From Moniliella sp. 'wahieum' (Eukaryota): a stretch of 64,000 nt of DNA. Positions 24,695 to 38,165 of the stretch are shown piece by piece. Positions within the stretch are counted from its first letter, which is position 1, and every line of letters begins with the position of its first letter. The notes beneath the pieces were generated by a model. It was not told the origin of the DNA, searched no databases, and saw only the letters and a list, made by a program, of their open reading frames with translations. The stretch spans positions 372,001 to 436,000 of the forward strand of contig RSEE01000024.1 of NCBI GenBank assembly GCA_003971905.1, in the 5' to 3' direction. The position numbers and the translations under genes are program-made.

Positions 24695-25746
24695 ATGCGC
24701 CTGCTGGTCCTTGCCCTCCTCGCCCTGTCCGTTGTGCTGTGCGTAGATGGGGTGCGGACGAACGAGAACTTTGAGACGCTGGTGCCACTTAAGGCCCATT
24801 CTCTCTTTGCTCCCTATGTCGATTCCAATTTGCAAAACCAACACTGGGACTTTGGAGGGAGCACCATCATCGATACCGATCGGGGCGTACGTCTGACCCA
24901 GGACAAGCCTAAACAACGCGGCTGGCTTTGGTGCCGGTCGCCTCTTCGTGAGCGCGATTTTCAGATCACGTTCGAGTTTGCTGTGCATGGCAAGTCGCGT
25001 CACCTGTTTGGGGATGGGTTTGCGCTCTGGCTCACTCGAACTCGTAACAAGCCCGGACTTGCCTTTGGTTCCAAGCAAAACTTCGAAGGGCTCGGCTTGG
25101 CGTTTGACACGTATTCGAACGGCCGCCATCCTTACTCGTTCCCTCGCGTCATCGCCTTGAAGGGAAACAAGTTTGTTCCCTACCTCCACGACCAGGACGG
25201 GTCCAATTTGGAAGTCGGTGGTTGCTCGGTTCCCTTTCGCGATACCCCGGTCGCTTCGCGTGGACGACTGACCTATGTCGATGGGGAGTACCTCCAATTT
25301 GAGCTCCACATAGAAGAGTGGGATGAATGGAAAGTCTGCTTGTGCGTGTCGTTCCTTGCTTTCATTGGGCCCTGCTGATCCTTGTGCCAACATGGACTAA
25401 CCCGTTTCGTTTCTGCCTTTCCAGTGAACTGGACGACTACCAACTCCCCGAACTTCCTTTCCTTGGCTTCTCTGCAGCCACAGGAGACGTATCAGATAAC
25501 CACGAGATCATCTCTGTCGAGACCCACTCCATTGTGCACAAGCCCAAGTCCGAACGCATCCCCCTACCCCGAGGCGCAGGCCGTGGGAGGAGCACAAGTG
25601 GCCCAGGCATGCTGCGCCGTGCCCTAGGTGCCCTTTTAGGGTGGGTTTGGTTCCTGGTCAAGCTTGCCCTGTTGCTCGGGGCGGTAGGGGCAGCTGCATG
25701 GTACGGCCTGAAATTCAAGCAGAGGAAAAGCATCAAGCGCTTCTAA
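24695..25746 (+). CDS. Legume-type lectin cargo receptor (VIP36/LMAN2/Emp46-47-like)
   Basis: Signal peptide MRLLVLALLALSVVLC, WDFGGSTII, FGDGFALW, GLAFDTYSN, GFSAATGDVSDNHEI, a C-terminal TM segment and a KRF tail. Intron 25342-25424. Confidence 0.92.
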
Positions 25747-26619
25747 GTGTACTTTTTGTAATCCTCCTGGACGACACCCTCTGTATCCATCACCATCGTT
25801 TTTTTTGCATACAGTAATCAGCCTAGCACCACTCCTTTTCTAATACAGATCAGAGTCCAAGGGGAGCAGAATCGAGCGGAAGGAGAAGGTACGAGGGAGG
25901 AGGGGGAGGTAGCGCGTAGGCCTGGCATTAAACTAGCCTTCACGGTGTCGGTCACTTTGCGCTACTCTGCATCTCGGTCCGCTGGATACGACTGATATGC
26001 TGCGTAGTCACCTGTTTTCATTTCGCCACTCGGGCCCCGACCTGCTCAAAGGTGGACCGTGGGGTCGGCTAGGCTCTGTTGCAGTCGTTGGCCGGACTCT
26101 TGGAGTCCATGCGAAAGGCTCGTAGGCCAAGGAAGCCTCCTGTGTTGAGGGAACCCTTACGGTCCACCCGAGCACCACGAGGTGCATGACAGTGGTATCA
26201 TCCCCCTTGTCCCCCTTAGTTCTCACCTCATCATGCATCATGTCTCCCTTCGCCTGCCCCGCATCCTTCCCCCCCTCACCTACTACTCTACTCTAACCAG
26301 TGTACCTGCCCTCGGTCTTCGTCCTTCGTCCTTCGTCCTGAGTACCGATCCCAACGGTGCACTGCCAGCCGTTCGTGCATGCTAGCGACCGAAGCTGAAC
26401 CGACCCATGAGCAGGTCATGTCAATGGAACAAGAATACACACGACCACCAGCGCAGCGACAGAAAAGGGAGAGGTGCGATCTAAGAGGAGAAAGGAGAAC
26501 GGAGAAATGAGAGAGGAACGAGGAACGGAGAATGGGGAACGGAGAATGGGGAAAGAGGAGAAAAAACAAAGAGAAAAGAGAGAGAAGAGAGAAAAAAAGG
26601 AGAAAAGGAGAAAAGGTAC

Positions 26620-29169
26620 TCATGCCCAAGTAAGGGGAAGGGGTGGGGGGAGGATCCTCGTAGTCTTCCTGCCATCCTTCGCCGTATCTTGTCTTACTTG
26701 TCTTACTTGTCTTGCGTATCTTGCATGGCTTGCATGGCTTGCTTAGGCACCGTACCCGCCCGCTTGGCCTGGCATCCCGCCCAGCGCGCCCCAGGTGCCC
26801 CTGCAGCTCGTGGTCCTCCTCACCTCCGTACTCCTCCTCCGACCGTCGGAGGGCAGTGGGGTCGCGCTGGGGTGGGCAAGCCGTTGCTGCTCGAGGTAGG
26901 ACTGGAGGAACGAAGGCGGGTGGGAAAGGTCCTGCTGTAATTGGGGGGAGGGGGTAAGTTCTTGCCTTGGCCTGCTGCAGCGCTTGCGTCGCACTTGCTC
27001 CCATGCTTTATCTTTCTCCATGAGCAGGTGGCGTTCGCTGCGCCGCTGGAGGCGGTAGGTGGGTGGTAAGGGATTCGACCAGGGTGGGGTTGACCTCGAC
27101 GCACATCGGAGTGCGTGCGGGCCAGTTCGTGGATGGTGCTGTTCCAGTGGTGGCGCGCGTTGCGGTACAAGACGGGAAAGACAAGTGGAAGAACTTGGTC
27201 AATGTGGTCGGAAAAAAAGGGAAAAAATGTACTCGTTGTTCCACAGGTAGAGCGTGCGCTCAGCCACTTGAAAGTGCGGCGAGTCAATGCAGCGAGCGAG
27301 TTGGGTAAAGAGCGGAGGCAATCTGCTAAATTCGCTCGGGTCCATCGCATCTAGAATCTCCTCGGTCTCATTGAGGAACATAGACCTCTTTGGGCGAATT
27401 GATCTTGGGCCAGTACCGTAGCAGACCCAACACGACAAGCGACGTCAAGCTCGGGTCCTTCTCGAGGAACTGGACAACACAGTAGGCCAGCTGAGGGTGG
27501 TAGAGCGACAGACTTCGAGGTTTGTGCAGCGGTACCAGGACCCGGGCTAGGAAAACCTTGTGTTCCTGTTTGAGCGGCAAGGCAAACCCGTTGATGATCG
27601 AGCCCAGAATCTCGAGCAGCTCCGCAATGCCATTGAAACGCTCCGTCTCGTACAGAAAGGCAAAGAAGACGTTGTTGATGGAACGACGGATAAAGGCGCG
27701 CAAATTGAGAAACTTGCCATAGATTCGATGCAGCGTGGTCTTGAGAAAGTCACGTTCCCTTGGGTCCTCCGAGTCAAACAGTTCCAACAATTGCAGGACA
27801 AAGGGTGGGTTAATGTACTTTTTCGCAAGCGACACTTGGAATTCCGGCGATTCAATAAAGCGCAAAAACAGCTCATAGACCACCTGCAAATGCGGCCAAG
27901 CAGGCTCCAAGCTCGGCTCGTCCTCCTCGGGATCAAATGCGCCCTCGCCAACGTTGCCTCCGCCATAGAGGAGGACAGCAGGCGAGCGTGGTCCTCCCCT
28001 TGTCTCGGACGCAAGCGGGGCCACGTCCCCAGTTTCGTCCAATGGGTTGTAGGAAAAGTCGGTGGCAATGGGGTTAGCGCGCGAGGCACGGGTGGCGACT
28101 GCCTGCGCCAAGTTGTACCCGGGCGGGATGGTGCGGAACAGGTTGGCAGCAAACATGTTGACCATGGCGGGGTAGATGACGTCGGTGATCACACCACGTG
28201 TGGTGGTGATGTACTCCAAGAGCTCATGCAAGGTGGCAGCTTTGACTTGCTTGCCTTGCAGGTCGCTCGGGTCGTCAAAGTCGAATACGACACAGCATTG
28301 GCGCAGTTTGCGGAGGAAGAGTTGTTGCCGGTCGGCAGGGACAACTTCAGCAAAGGCGGGCAGTTTCTCCAGGTCCTGGGGAGGGCGTGCGCCCGGCGGG
28401 AGCCCGAGCATGGCTGGGTCCCAGGGTCCATGGGAGATATGCATCCGGCTGCTGCGCTGCTTTCGCGGCGGGTCTTGATGGCTGTGCCGGGGAGAATGTC
28501 GATGGGTGTCTGCTGGGCCAGCGGGGTGGGCGATCCCACCATGCCTGATCCAGCCGCAGGGGCACCCCCAATCGCATGCACCGCAGTAGGAACCACGTGG
28601 TGCCCATCCTTGGCGACCGATCGCTCCCGTTCGTCGCGCATGCCATGGGGAGCGATCTGGGACGCCGCACCGGCCGCAGACGGACGGGCAAGGCCAGTCG
28701 CAGTGAGGGGCGATGGCGCAGGGGCCGGGGCAGGAGCAGAGCCAGGTCCGGGGTCCGAGGGGGCAGGCGCAGGGGCGCGAAGGGGATGGGCGGGCGAGGA
28801 GGCGGTGCCGCTCTTGCGTGCGGAGCGGGTGGGCTTGGGCTCATGCGGGGGTGCGCGCGGGAGGCAGGGGCGGGAGGGGGCTGGGCTGCGCGGCGGGCGG
28901 CGGGGCAGGCGCTGGTGCCGGGGATGGGGACGACACGGAGGAGGCGGAGGCGGAGGCGCTGGAGGCGCGGCGGCTGTCCTTGCTGCTGCCGAGGGGCGGC
29001 GCGTGGGTGTGGGCGTGGGCGTGGGTGTGGGTGTGGGGCGGGGTTCTTGAGCGCGCGCAGCGAGGGCCCGCGGCTGGGGCGGCGCGGGGGCGTCGGAGTC
29101 GGGCGCGGGCGCGTGCTTGGGGTCGCCCTTGGTGCGGGAGAGGGACATGGCGCGCTTCAAGCTCTTCAT
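26620..29169 (-). CDS. RTS1: PP2A regulatory subunit B' (B56/Rts1/Par1); 3' end approximate
   Basis: [82 protein letters not shown]. Pro-rich N-terminus from MKSLKRAMS. Several indels. Confidence 0.92.
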
Positions 29170-30290
29170 GCTTGCCTGCCTGCCTGCCTGCCTCGGCTCG
29201 CCCACGCTTGGATGGCGGCGGAGCGCTTCGACTAAGCGCTAAGCCTTAGCGCAAGCCGGCGCCCCTGGCGGCTGTCCTGCCCTCGCCCCGCCAGCCCCCG
29301 GTCACATGACTGCGCCCCCGTGATGATGTCATCCGCCGCCCGCGCCTTCCACGTGGAAGGGCAGCCCATCATCGATCATCCATCAACGCTGATGGCAATG
29401 GCGATGCAAGCGCAGGCGCAGCCCCACCCATCCCAAGTCCAAGGCAAGGTGGCCCCCGCTGCTGCAGAGACGGGCACAAAGGCGGCCACAGCAGAAGAGG
29501 CCGCCGACAAGGAGACCTTGTCCCCCTTTCCGCTAGTTGTCGCATTGTACGATTAGCCTTTTCGCTTTTTCTGCGGTTAGGCCTTCGGTGGGTTACGTCT
29601 GCCTAAGTACTGGATCTCAGATCTGAGCATCAACTTGGTCCGCCGCGCCTTGGATCTTCCTTGCTCAGGGGCAAGTATGGCACGTCGAGCCAAGTCCCAG
29701 GGGGGTCCGGCCGGCGCAATGCGTTGCCTTCAATGGAGCCCTAAGGGAGAACGGAGGGGCCAACTGGAATGCTTTTGCGATGCGGGAACGGACTGAAGCC
29801 GAAACGGATTCAACAGTCAACTAGCCAGTCGATCTGCAGCTCGATACGGGTCCCTTTTTACCAACCCCAACTACAGCACAGACCTAACTACTCTTCCATT
29901 CTGTCTCTACCTGTGTGCAGGCAGGTCCGAGTGAGGGCAGCCCAGCCAAACAAGAACTTCTCCGATATTCGATTCAAGCAGGAGCTTGAGCTTGGATAAC
30001 TCTAGACACACGTAGCACCTAAATCAAATCAAGAAGACGAAGACGAAGACGAAGACGAAAAGCGACAGATGGAGAACGAAAGAAAGAGGGGGTAGGGTAC
30101 GCGGAGCGCTGGCCAAACCAACAGCCAACCGTTGGCCACTGCCGTTTGATAGAGGATCAAAACGAGCAAACAGGACAGTCCTCCCTAGCACGGAACATGG
30201 AACATGGAACATGGAACCCAATAACCGATAATCGATAACGGAGAGGCTAACCGAGCCGAACCGAACCGAACCTGACCTTCAGGTGCCGGT

Positions 30291-31726
30291 TCAAAGTTCG
30301 GCCTCCTGCTCGAGTTCCTGCTCGTACTCGCCCTCCTCGTCTTCGAGGTACTCTTCGCCATCGTCGATGCCAGCCTCGGCGTACTGCTGGTACTCTGCAA
30401 CCAGGTCCTGGAGGTTGGATTCGGCCTCTGTGAATTCGAGTTCGTCCATGCCTTCGGAGGTATACCAGTGCAAGAAGGCCTTGCGGCGGAACATGGCGGA
30501 GAATTGGTCCGACACACGCTTGAACAGATCCTGAATCGCCGTCGTGTTGCCAATAAACGTCACGGCCATCTTCATGCCGCGCGGGGCAATGTCACAATGA
30601 GCAGTCTGGACATTGTTCGGGATCCACTCGACAAAGTACGATGCGTTCTTAGCTTGCGTCGCTTGCATTTGATCTTCCACTTCCTTCATTGAGACCTTGC
30701 CACGGAAGTACGCCGCGACAGTCAGGTACCGCCCGTGCCGCGGGTCCGCCGCCGCCATCATGTTCTTGCTCTCAAACATCTGCTGCGTCAGCTCCGGCAC
30801 AGTCACCGCGCGGTACTGCTGGCTACCGCGCGCAGTGAGCGGGGCAAAGCCGACCATGAAGAAGTGCAGACGAGGGAAGGGGACCATGTTGACAGCGAGC
30901 TTGCGCAGGTCCGAGTTGAGTTGGCCGGGGAAACGAAGGCAGGTCGTGATGCCCGACATGACCAAGGAGACGAGATGGTTGAGATCGTCGTATCCGGGCG
31001 CCTTGAGCTTGAGCGTGCGGAAACAAATGTCGTACAGCGCCTCATTGTCAATGCAGAACGTTTCGTCGGCATTCTCAACCAGCTGGTGCACCGACAAGGT
31101 GGCATTGTACGGCTCCACCACCGTGTCCGATACCTTGGGCGAAGGCAGGACGGAAAACGTGGCCATCATCCGGTCCGGGAACTCTTCCCGGATTTTAGAG
31201 ATGAGCAGTGTGCCCATCCCGGACCCCGTACCGCCGCCGAGCGAGTGGGTGATCTGGAACCCCTGCAGCATGTCGCAGTTCTCGGCCTCCTTGCGCACCA
31301 CATCCAACACCGAGTCCACCAACTCGGCACCTTCAGTGTAGTGCCCCTTGGCCCAGTTGTTGCCAGCCCCCGACTGGCCAAAGACAAAGTTGTCGGGGCG
31401 GAAGAGACCGCCCATGGCGCCAGAGCGGATCGAGTCCATGGTGCCCGGCTCGAGGTCGACCAGCACAGCACGAGGGACAAAGCGGGCGTTGCTAGCCTCG
31501 TTGCTGGAGGCGGGGACAGACAGCCGTCAGCCAAGCGGAAACGCAGAGGAGAGAGCAAGCGAGGGGGGAAACGTACTAGTACACGTCGATGCGCTCCAGC
31601 TGGAGCGGGGACGAGCCGACGTAGGCCGGTGCCGTCGATGCCATGCTCGTCCGAGAGGACTTCCCAGAACTTGGTGCCGATCTGGTTGCCGCACTGGCCG
31701 GTCTGGAGGTGCACGATTTCACGCAT
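30291..31726 (-). CDS. TUB2: Beta-tubulin
   Basis: [17 protein letters not shown] start, GGGTGSG signature and acidic C-terminal tail. Single intron 31504-31576; one apparent indel near 31625. Confidence 0.98.
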
Positions 31727-32605
31727 GGTCGGAGGGGAGGCAGAGGGGGGCGAAGACGGTGGAGGGGCAAGGCAGCGAGGGCAGCGGACACGAGAAGAGA
31801 TCGTCCGGCGGGCCCTCGGCTTTTGGCCCGCAACCTGCGATCGGTGCCCAGGTGCGCCAACAACACCCACCGCACGCCCGCCGCACCCGCCCGCAGTGGC
31901 TGCCATGCCCCAGTGCGGGCCGCCCGCTGGCAGCCCGGCGGTACACCCCTCGCCTAGCACCCTCGCACGGGGCAGTGTTGCCCGCGTGTTGCGAGGGCGA
32001 CAGCGCAGGACACTGGCGCCGTGCCTCTGATGCGCATTCCTCCCGGCCTCCATCCGTGACGCGTGGCGAACAACCCCGGCGCACGTGACCCACTCCCACC
32101 CCGTGCCGTGGCAAGTGACATCTGCCGGTTCACGTTGAACGTTCAAGTTGAACCTTCAACCATTGATTCTGGCCACTAGCCAGCACCAGCAGCTTAGAGC
32201 AGAGCACCTATAGGGCCACCCCGCGCCACCTCCCCAGCTCCCGCACCGCCCTCGTCATCCCGCGCAGCGCAGACCCCCACTCAGCTGGCACGCACGGCCG
32301 GGTACACTGGCCTATGTACCCCCCAAGTCCCACGCCACAAGTGGAGGAAACGCGTATCTAGAGAGCAGGGAAGCAAGCGCGCCAGAGAGGAACAGGGGGA
32401 GGCGGAGATGTACAAGAAAGAGATCGTGAAGAGGAACGCGGGTGAAATCATCAGGGTCGTAGGTCAGTACAGTGTCGTTGGCGCTCCTAGGCAGCCCGAG
32501 GCAAACAAAAAAAAACAATACTCGCACGCGCAAACGCCAATGCAAATGCAAATGCAAACGCAAACGCAATGCAAACCCAAACGGACCAGGGGATCGGGAG
32601 CAAGA

Positions 32606-34333
32606 TCAGGCCAACTTGGTCTCCTCCAGCTGCGTCTCTAGTTCATAGGGCGGCGTGGAGACCGAAAGGGCCTGCGGGGTGTCCAAAGGACTGGTGGAAG
32701 ACAACGAAGGCACCGGCATGTGCGCCCACCGCCCATCCGGCGAGACTGAAGACGCACGCTCCTCGTCGCGGTCAGCGTCAGCCGGGGCCGAGGGGCAGAG
32801 TGTGCGCCCAGGGTCCAACGCGAGGTGGGACGGTCGGCGCTCGGTTCGGCGTTCCGTTCGGCTGGCCTGTTGCATCCGCGTCCGCATCCGCGGACGCGCG
32901 CCAGGACGATCCTCCCACCGAGCCAAAACTTCTCGTTCGCGCTTACTGTGGTCCACGGGCTTGGCAGCTCCAAACGGGGAAGGCTTGGTGCCGCTGTGCG
33001 GGGCCTCACTTCCGATCGGGGCAGAGCGGCGCTGCGTGGCCGAAGGGTCAAGTGCGGCCGCTCATATTGCCTGGGCGAGACAGGAGAACGAAACCAAGCA
33101 CCCTCGTTGTCCAGGGAAGCGTCCGAGGATGGTGGGCCACTCCGCTGGCGATCAACGAAGTGCCCTTTTCGCCCACGCGGATCGGCCTCGGCCGTCGCAG
33201 CACGCATCTTGGACCCAAACGTTGACCGGTCCAGGACGACATCCGACTCGGCCGATCCCGATCCCAATCCCAACTCCGATCCCAGAGTCATCGCATGTGT
33301 TGGACGCTCCCTGGTGCGTGACACGGGGCAAGGGTTACCTTGCGCCCGAACATGGCCCGGTCCAAGACCACCTCCTCCCCCGTGCTAGGCGACAACCGGG
33401 ACGCTCGACGGGGCTTGACGGGCGTGCCGGTACGCCAAGTAGTTGCGTCCTCGGCCGCGTGCGGGTCGTACTCGCTTTCTCCCGCTGGTCCCTTGAGCCA
33501 GGGCGAGGCGGCGTAGCGAGACGTGGACCCAGACCCATCTCGCACGCCTACGCCTACGCCTACGCCTACGCCTAGACTTACCGTGCCGTCGACCGAGGCG
33601 ACCTGCGCTGCACCCCATGCGCCCTCGGCCCTGTCGCTGCCGTACCGTCCCCCCGACCGGGCCGGGGGAGGAAGCGGGCCAGACCGACGCCACTGGTCGC
33701 TCTCGTCAGCGGCCGAGGGATATACGTTGGTGTGTCGCGGAGGCTCGGCGACCGAGACGCGCAACGCGCGGCCGGCCAGCTGGGCGCCCGACCGTAGCAG
33801 CGCCTCCTTCAGCGCGTCCACACTGGCAAACTCGGCATAGCCAAACCCTTTACTCTTACCTGACCCCGCCTCGGTCGCTATCCGCACCGAAGTCACAGGC
33901 AGACCATGGAAAACGCTCGCAGATCAGAGGGCGTAGAATCAAACCTCAAGCTCCCCACGAACGCGGTGAACGGTGCTTGGCTCGGTAACGGGACCTCTTT
34001 TTCGTTTCGGTCCCGTGGCTCGTGCGGCTGGGATGCGTACCCAGTCCCGTACCCGGTTCCGTACCCTAACCCCCCCATACCCCACCAGCTAGCTGCATCG
34101 CGATCCATCCGGTCCGGCGCGCCGTCCAGTCCCGCGCCACCAAAGGGCACGGGCTTGAGCGCCGGGGCGGTGGGCAGGTCAAAGTCATCGTCGGCCCAGT
34201 CGGCCTTGACGGGGTTGGTGGTGAGGAACTCAACGAGGGAGACTTTCTTGCTTCCTTTCTTAGGTGCTGGAGAGAGAGAGCGCAAGGTCAGCTTCGCCAC
34301 CCACGGCAGCTCATAGACGTGGCACCCACCCAT
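32606..34333 (-). CDS. TIF3: Translation initiation factor eIF4B (Tif3/Sce3-like RRM protein)
   Basis: Short ATG exon plus intron, then APKKGSKKVSLVEFL...WADDDFDLPTAP; RRM (PFTAFVGSL...KGFGYAEF...LRVSVAEP); repeated WR motifs; RPHLTLRPRS. Frameshifts present. Confidence 0.85.
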
Positions 34334-35156
34334 CGCGGTCGGGAGAACGGGGGATGTGGAAGCCAGGCGCAAGGCGGGGCCCCGCACAGTACTGCAGTAC
34401 TTTGTATTTGTGGGGGTGCGCGGGCGGGGGGTTAGGTAAGCTAAGCGCCAGATCCATGGCTAGGCGCTAGCAGAACATGCTGCACTTGGGGTAACATGTA
34501 CAGTAGTAGCAGCGTAGAAGCACACTCCCAAGTCGGCGCAGCCGCGGCCGTCTCGGACAATAATAAAAAGGCCTCCCGCCCACCGGGCACCGACGACCGC
34601 CCTGGAATGAATGTATGGCTGACGGGCCCCTGGCCACTCAACACTCAACCGCCACGCCCACATCGATCAGCGCACACAGCGTCTGGTAGACAACAACCAC
34701 GCGGGGACCAAGGTGTGCGACGTGCGTTATTACCTCCGCCTGGTGGGCGCGATGGCAGGCAAGCTTTTTGCCTGCGAAGTCCCCACACGATGGCCCAAAC
34801 GAATGGGGCGGGTGATGCATGATGCATGATGCATGATGCGGCGTGCTATATCGCCGAAAGAAGCGCTTCCTGGCCACGTGACCCACAGTGGCCCGCGGGA
34901 GGTGATGCATGTGATGCCTGAGGCGGCCAGGCGCAGGGGCAGTGTCATGCATGCTTCCGGCTCGCGCATTGGCAGTTGCTGACTAATGCGCGGCCATGAC
35001 ACTGCCCGCGTGGGAGGGCAGCTGACATCATCGGGTTAGGGGGGTTGAAGCTGAAGCGCTGAAGCTTTGAAGCTGGAGCATGACTGGTGACCGGTGACGG
35101 TGACTGCGGCTGGGGAGGCTGACCCGGCCTGGGGGGGGCCGGGTGCCGGTGGCCCC

Positions 35157-35220
35157 GTGCAGGCCAGTGCAGGCTAGTGCAGGCTAGTGCAGGCTAGTGC
35201 AGGCTAGTGCAGGCCAGTGC
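35157..35220 (+). repeat. Decamer tandem (GTGCAGGC[T/C]A)x6
   Basis: Direct reading, in the divergent eIF4B/Leu5 intergenic region. Confidence 0.9.
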
Positions 35221-35557
35221 TGGCCATGCGCCGGAATCCACCCAAGCCAATCCCGCCCAGCCCGGCGGACATGCGACGCAGACACCGGCCGCACACCACA
35301 CCACCCGCAAAAAAAGTAGTGTGGGGCGTCTTCCTGTGCTCTGCCCAACCACCCTCCTGTGTCTCTCTTTCTCTCCCGCCCCGCCGCCCACTCCCTCTCC
35401 ATCTCCATCGCCTCCTCCATCGCCATCTCCATCGCCATCTTCATCGCCATCTCCCCGCATCCACCGCCACCCCCGCACCCCCCACCACCCCCCCACCCCC
35501 CCCCTCCGCCATGGCAGCCCCACCCCGCCTTCCTCGCCGGGGCGTCTGCCGTCGGAC

Positions 35558-37026
35558 ATGCACCCCCCCGCCCTGTGCGAGACCGACCAGGCATCCATGG
35601 CGCCCGAGGCAGTGCAGGACATCGAGGCCGAGCTCCACCACCTCCACCCCCACCCCCCACCGCGCGCTACGGGCCAGGAGGGCAGCCTGCGCAGCTCCTT
35701 CGACCGTCTCCAGTCCCTGCTGTCTGTTGATCGCGCCCGAGAGGACAAGACCTCCCTCTCCTATGTCCTCCGTTCCGGCCTCGCCGGTGGAATTGCCGGC
35801 TGTGCGGCCAAGACGAGTGTCGCGCCCCTGGACCGAATCAAGATTCTGTTCCAAGCGCGCAACCCCGAGTTTGCGGCGTACGCCGGCCACCTGACCGGCG
35901 TGCTGTACGCCGCGCGCGACATTGTGCGGCACCAAGGTCCCGGCGCCTTGTTCCAAGGACATAGCGCCACCTTGCTCCGCATCTTCCCCTATGCTGCCAT
36001 CAAGTACATGGCCTATGACAAGCTCCACTTCCTCCTCATGCCCACCAAGGACAAGGAGACGTCGGCGCGTCTGTTTCTCGCTGGTTCTTCCCTGGTGTGC
36101 TCTCTGTCTTTTGCACCTATCCCCTTGAGCCATCCGTGTTCGTCTCGCATTCGAAACGAAGCGCCACCAGCGCCGTGGCGACCTGCTCCGCATCATCCGC
36201 ACCATCTACACCGAAGGCTCTACCGCCGCCCCCTTCTCCAGCGACGTACGAAAACGCGGAGCCGCGCGCCAGCCCACCACGTGCGCATACCCCCTGTTGA
36301 GCCTGCCCCGCTCCCCCCCCACAACCACAACCACAACCACGCATGGCCTTCTCAGCTGCCACCACTACCACATTCCAAAGCGCCGTCGTCAACACTTCTT
36401 CCCGCTTCGGCTCGCCCCCAGCGGCACCACCTGCGTCCCATCCCACCCCCGCCGTCGCCCAGTCATCGCCTCCTCACCCACTTCCCCCTCCTCAAGTTTT
36501 ACCGTGGCTTTAGCGTGACAGTAATGGGCATGATTCCCTATGCTGGCACTGCCTTCCTCGTATTTGGTCGGACCAAGAACACACGCCTACTTTGCACCTG
36601 AGAACCGGCGCTGGATCCAGCCGAGCAAAACGGTGCAGGACCTAGCTGCAGGCGCGTCGCCGGTGCCATTTCCCAATCGGCTGCTTACCCTTTCGAAGTG
36701 ATTCGTCGCTGCCAGCAGATCGGCGGTAAGACCCGCCCCGATTCGCTCGTCGGCATTGGCGAGACGGCTCGATGGATTTATCGCACCTCCGGATTGCGCG
36801 GGTTCTATGTCGGACTGAGCATTGGACTGTTAAAGGTGATGCCCATGACGGCTGTGAGGTATGTCCCCCCCCCCCCCCTTTCCCCCCTTCCTACCCCGCC
36901 TTTCTACCTCCGCCCCTCTTGCTTGAAAGACGAAACGAAGACTCGGTACAAGGTGTGTGACTAACTCGCGTTTTGGCGCACAGCTTTTCCACTTGGCTCG
37001 CAATGAAGCGCCAGATGGGCATCTAA
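35558..37026 (+). CDS. LEU5: Mitochondrial carrier, CoA transporter Leu5/SLC25A16-like
   Basis: [75 protein letters not shown]. Last intron ~36859-36983. Indels present. Confidence 0.88.
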
Positions 37027-38029
37027 AACCCACCCCCTTTTTCTTCTGGTTGCATGCGCGAGCGCGGCGATGGGCCCGGCCGGTCCCTCGAACCCGGTCG
37101 ATGTCGGTGCGAGTGCGAGTGCGGGTACGACTCCCTCTAACCCCGTCAGAGTCGGATGTCCACCCGCTCGTTATCTATTTCTATTCCTCTGCGCCTTGGC
37201 GCCCTACGTCTCTCGTCTGCCACCAGCGCACCGCACCGAGTCTCCCAGGCTCCACTCGCTTCCGCTTCGTCGTCCCTCGGTCCTATACGCCAGCACTTGC
37301 CACTTGCCACTTGCCACTTGGCATTTCCGACCACGCCACCACACCACCGGGCTTACCCCTCCCCCCCCCGGTGCCACACCCCTGCGTTCCCCTCAACCCG
37401 CACCTTCTCCCTCCAGGCTTCACCAGGCTCACCAAGCAGCTGGCCTGTTTCTGGCGGCTAGGTCGCACCCCCGTTCGTTTTGCCCGGTACCCTGTGGGTC
37501 CGTTGTGCACGCTGACTCGACCGAGCTGGCGGGCCCTGCAGTGCAGGGAGGCCAAAGCGGACTACGTTCAGTACTCAGTTCATCCTCTTAATGTCAACAT
37601 CTGCCTGCTACGCCGTGCTGCGTGTCGCTCGCGCCGTACAGCGCCCACGACGTAGCGTCGGGCAACGCATGGGCGGCGAGGTGGCGTGGTGGCGTAGGGG
37701 TGGGGTGGGATGGGTGTATGCGCACCTACTACCTATTTGGGTGCAGCTCGAAATCCACCTAATCCTCTAATCCACTGCTTTGACTCTGATGTACCCCTGG
37801 CTAGTGCGCATGGTGCCTACGGTGCATCTGCCTCGCTCAGGGATGGTGCGATGCACACGTGGGCCGCCGACGCGGCAGAATCGGCGGGCTGGGTGGTAGG
37901 TGAGATCTCAGTGTGAGAACGCGGGCCGTGTGGCCGGGAACGGGAACAGGAACAGGGGGTGTTAGCGCGTAACGTGCAGAGTACTGATCGTACTAAAGGC
38001 AACGGCAAAGGCAAAAGCAAAGGCAACAG

Positions 38030-38165
38030 TGACTAGTGACTAGTGACTAGTGACTAGTGAAGAGACTAGTGGCAAGTGATGTCACGTGACATGTGACATG
38101 TGACATGCATGTGACAAAGGGTTATATGATCGAAGGAGGAATGATCGATGATCGATGATCGATGA
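38030..38165. repeat. Cluster of three palindromic heptamer arrays: (TGACTAG)4, (TGACATG)3, (TGATCGA)3
   Basis: Arrays at 38030-38060, 38087-38107 and 38142-38165. Confidence 0.95.

Noticed and set aside
27560..32030. Long plus-strand ORFs (496 aa, 431 aa) and similar antisense ORFs elsewhere (51610-52980, 57161-58459)
   Set aside because: Antisense shadows of GC-rich real genes; no recognisable domains.
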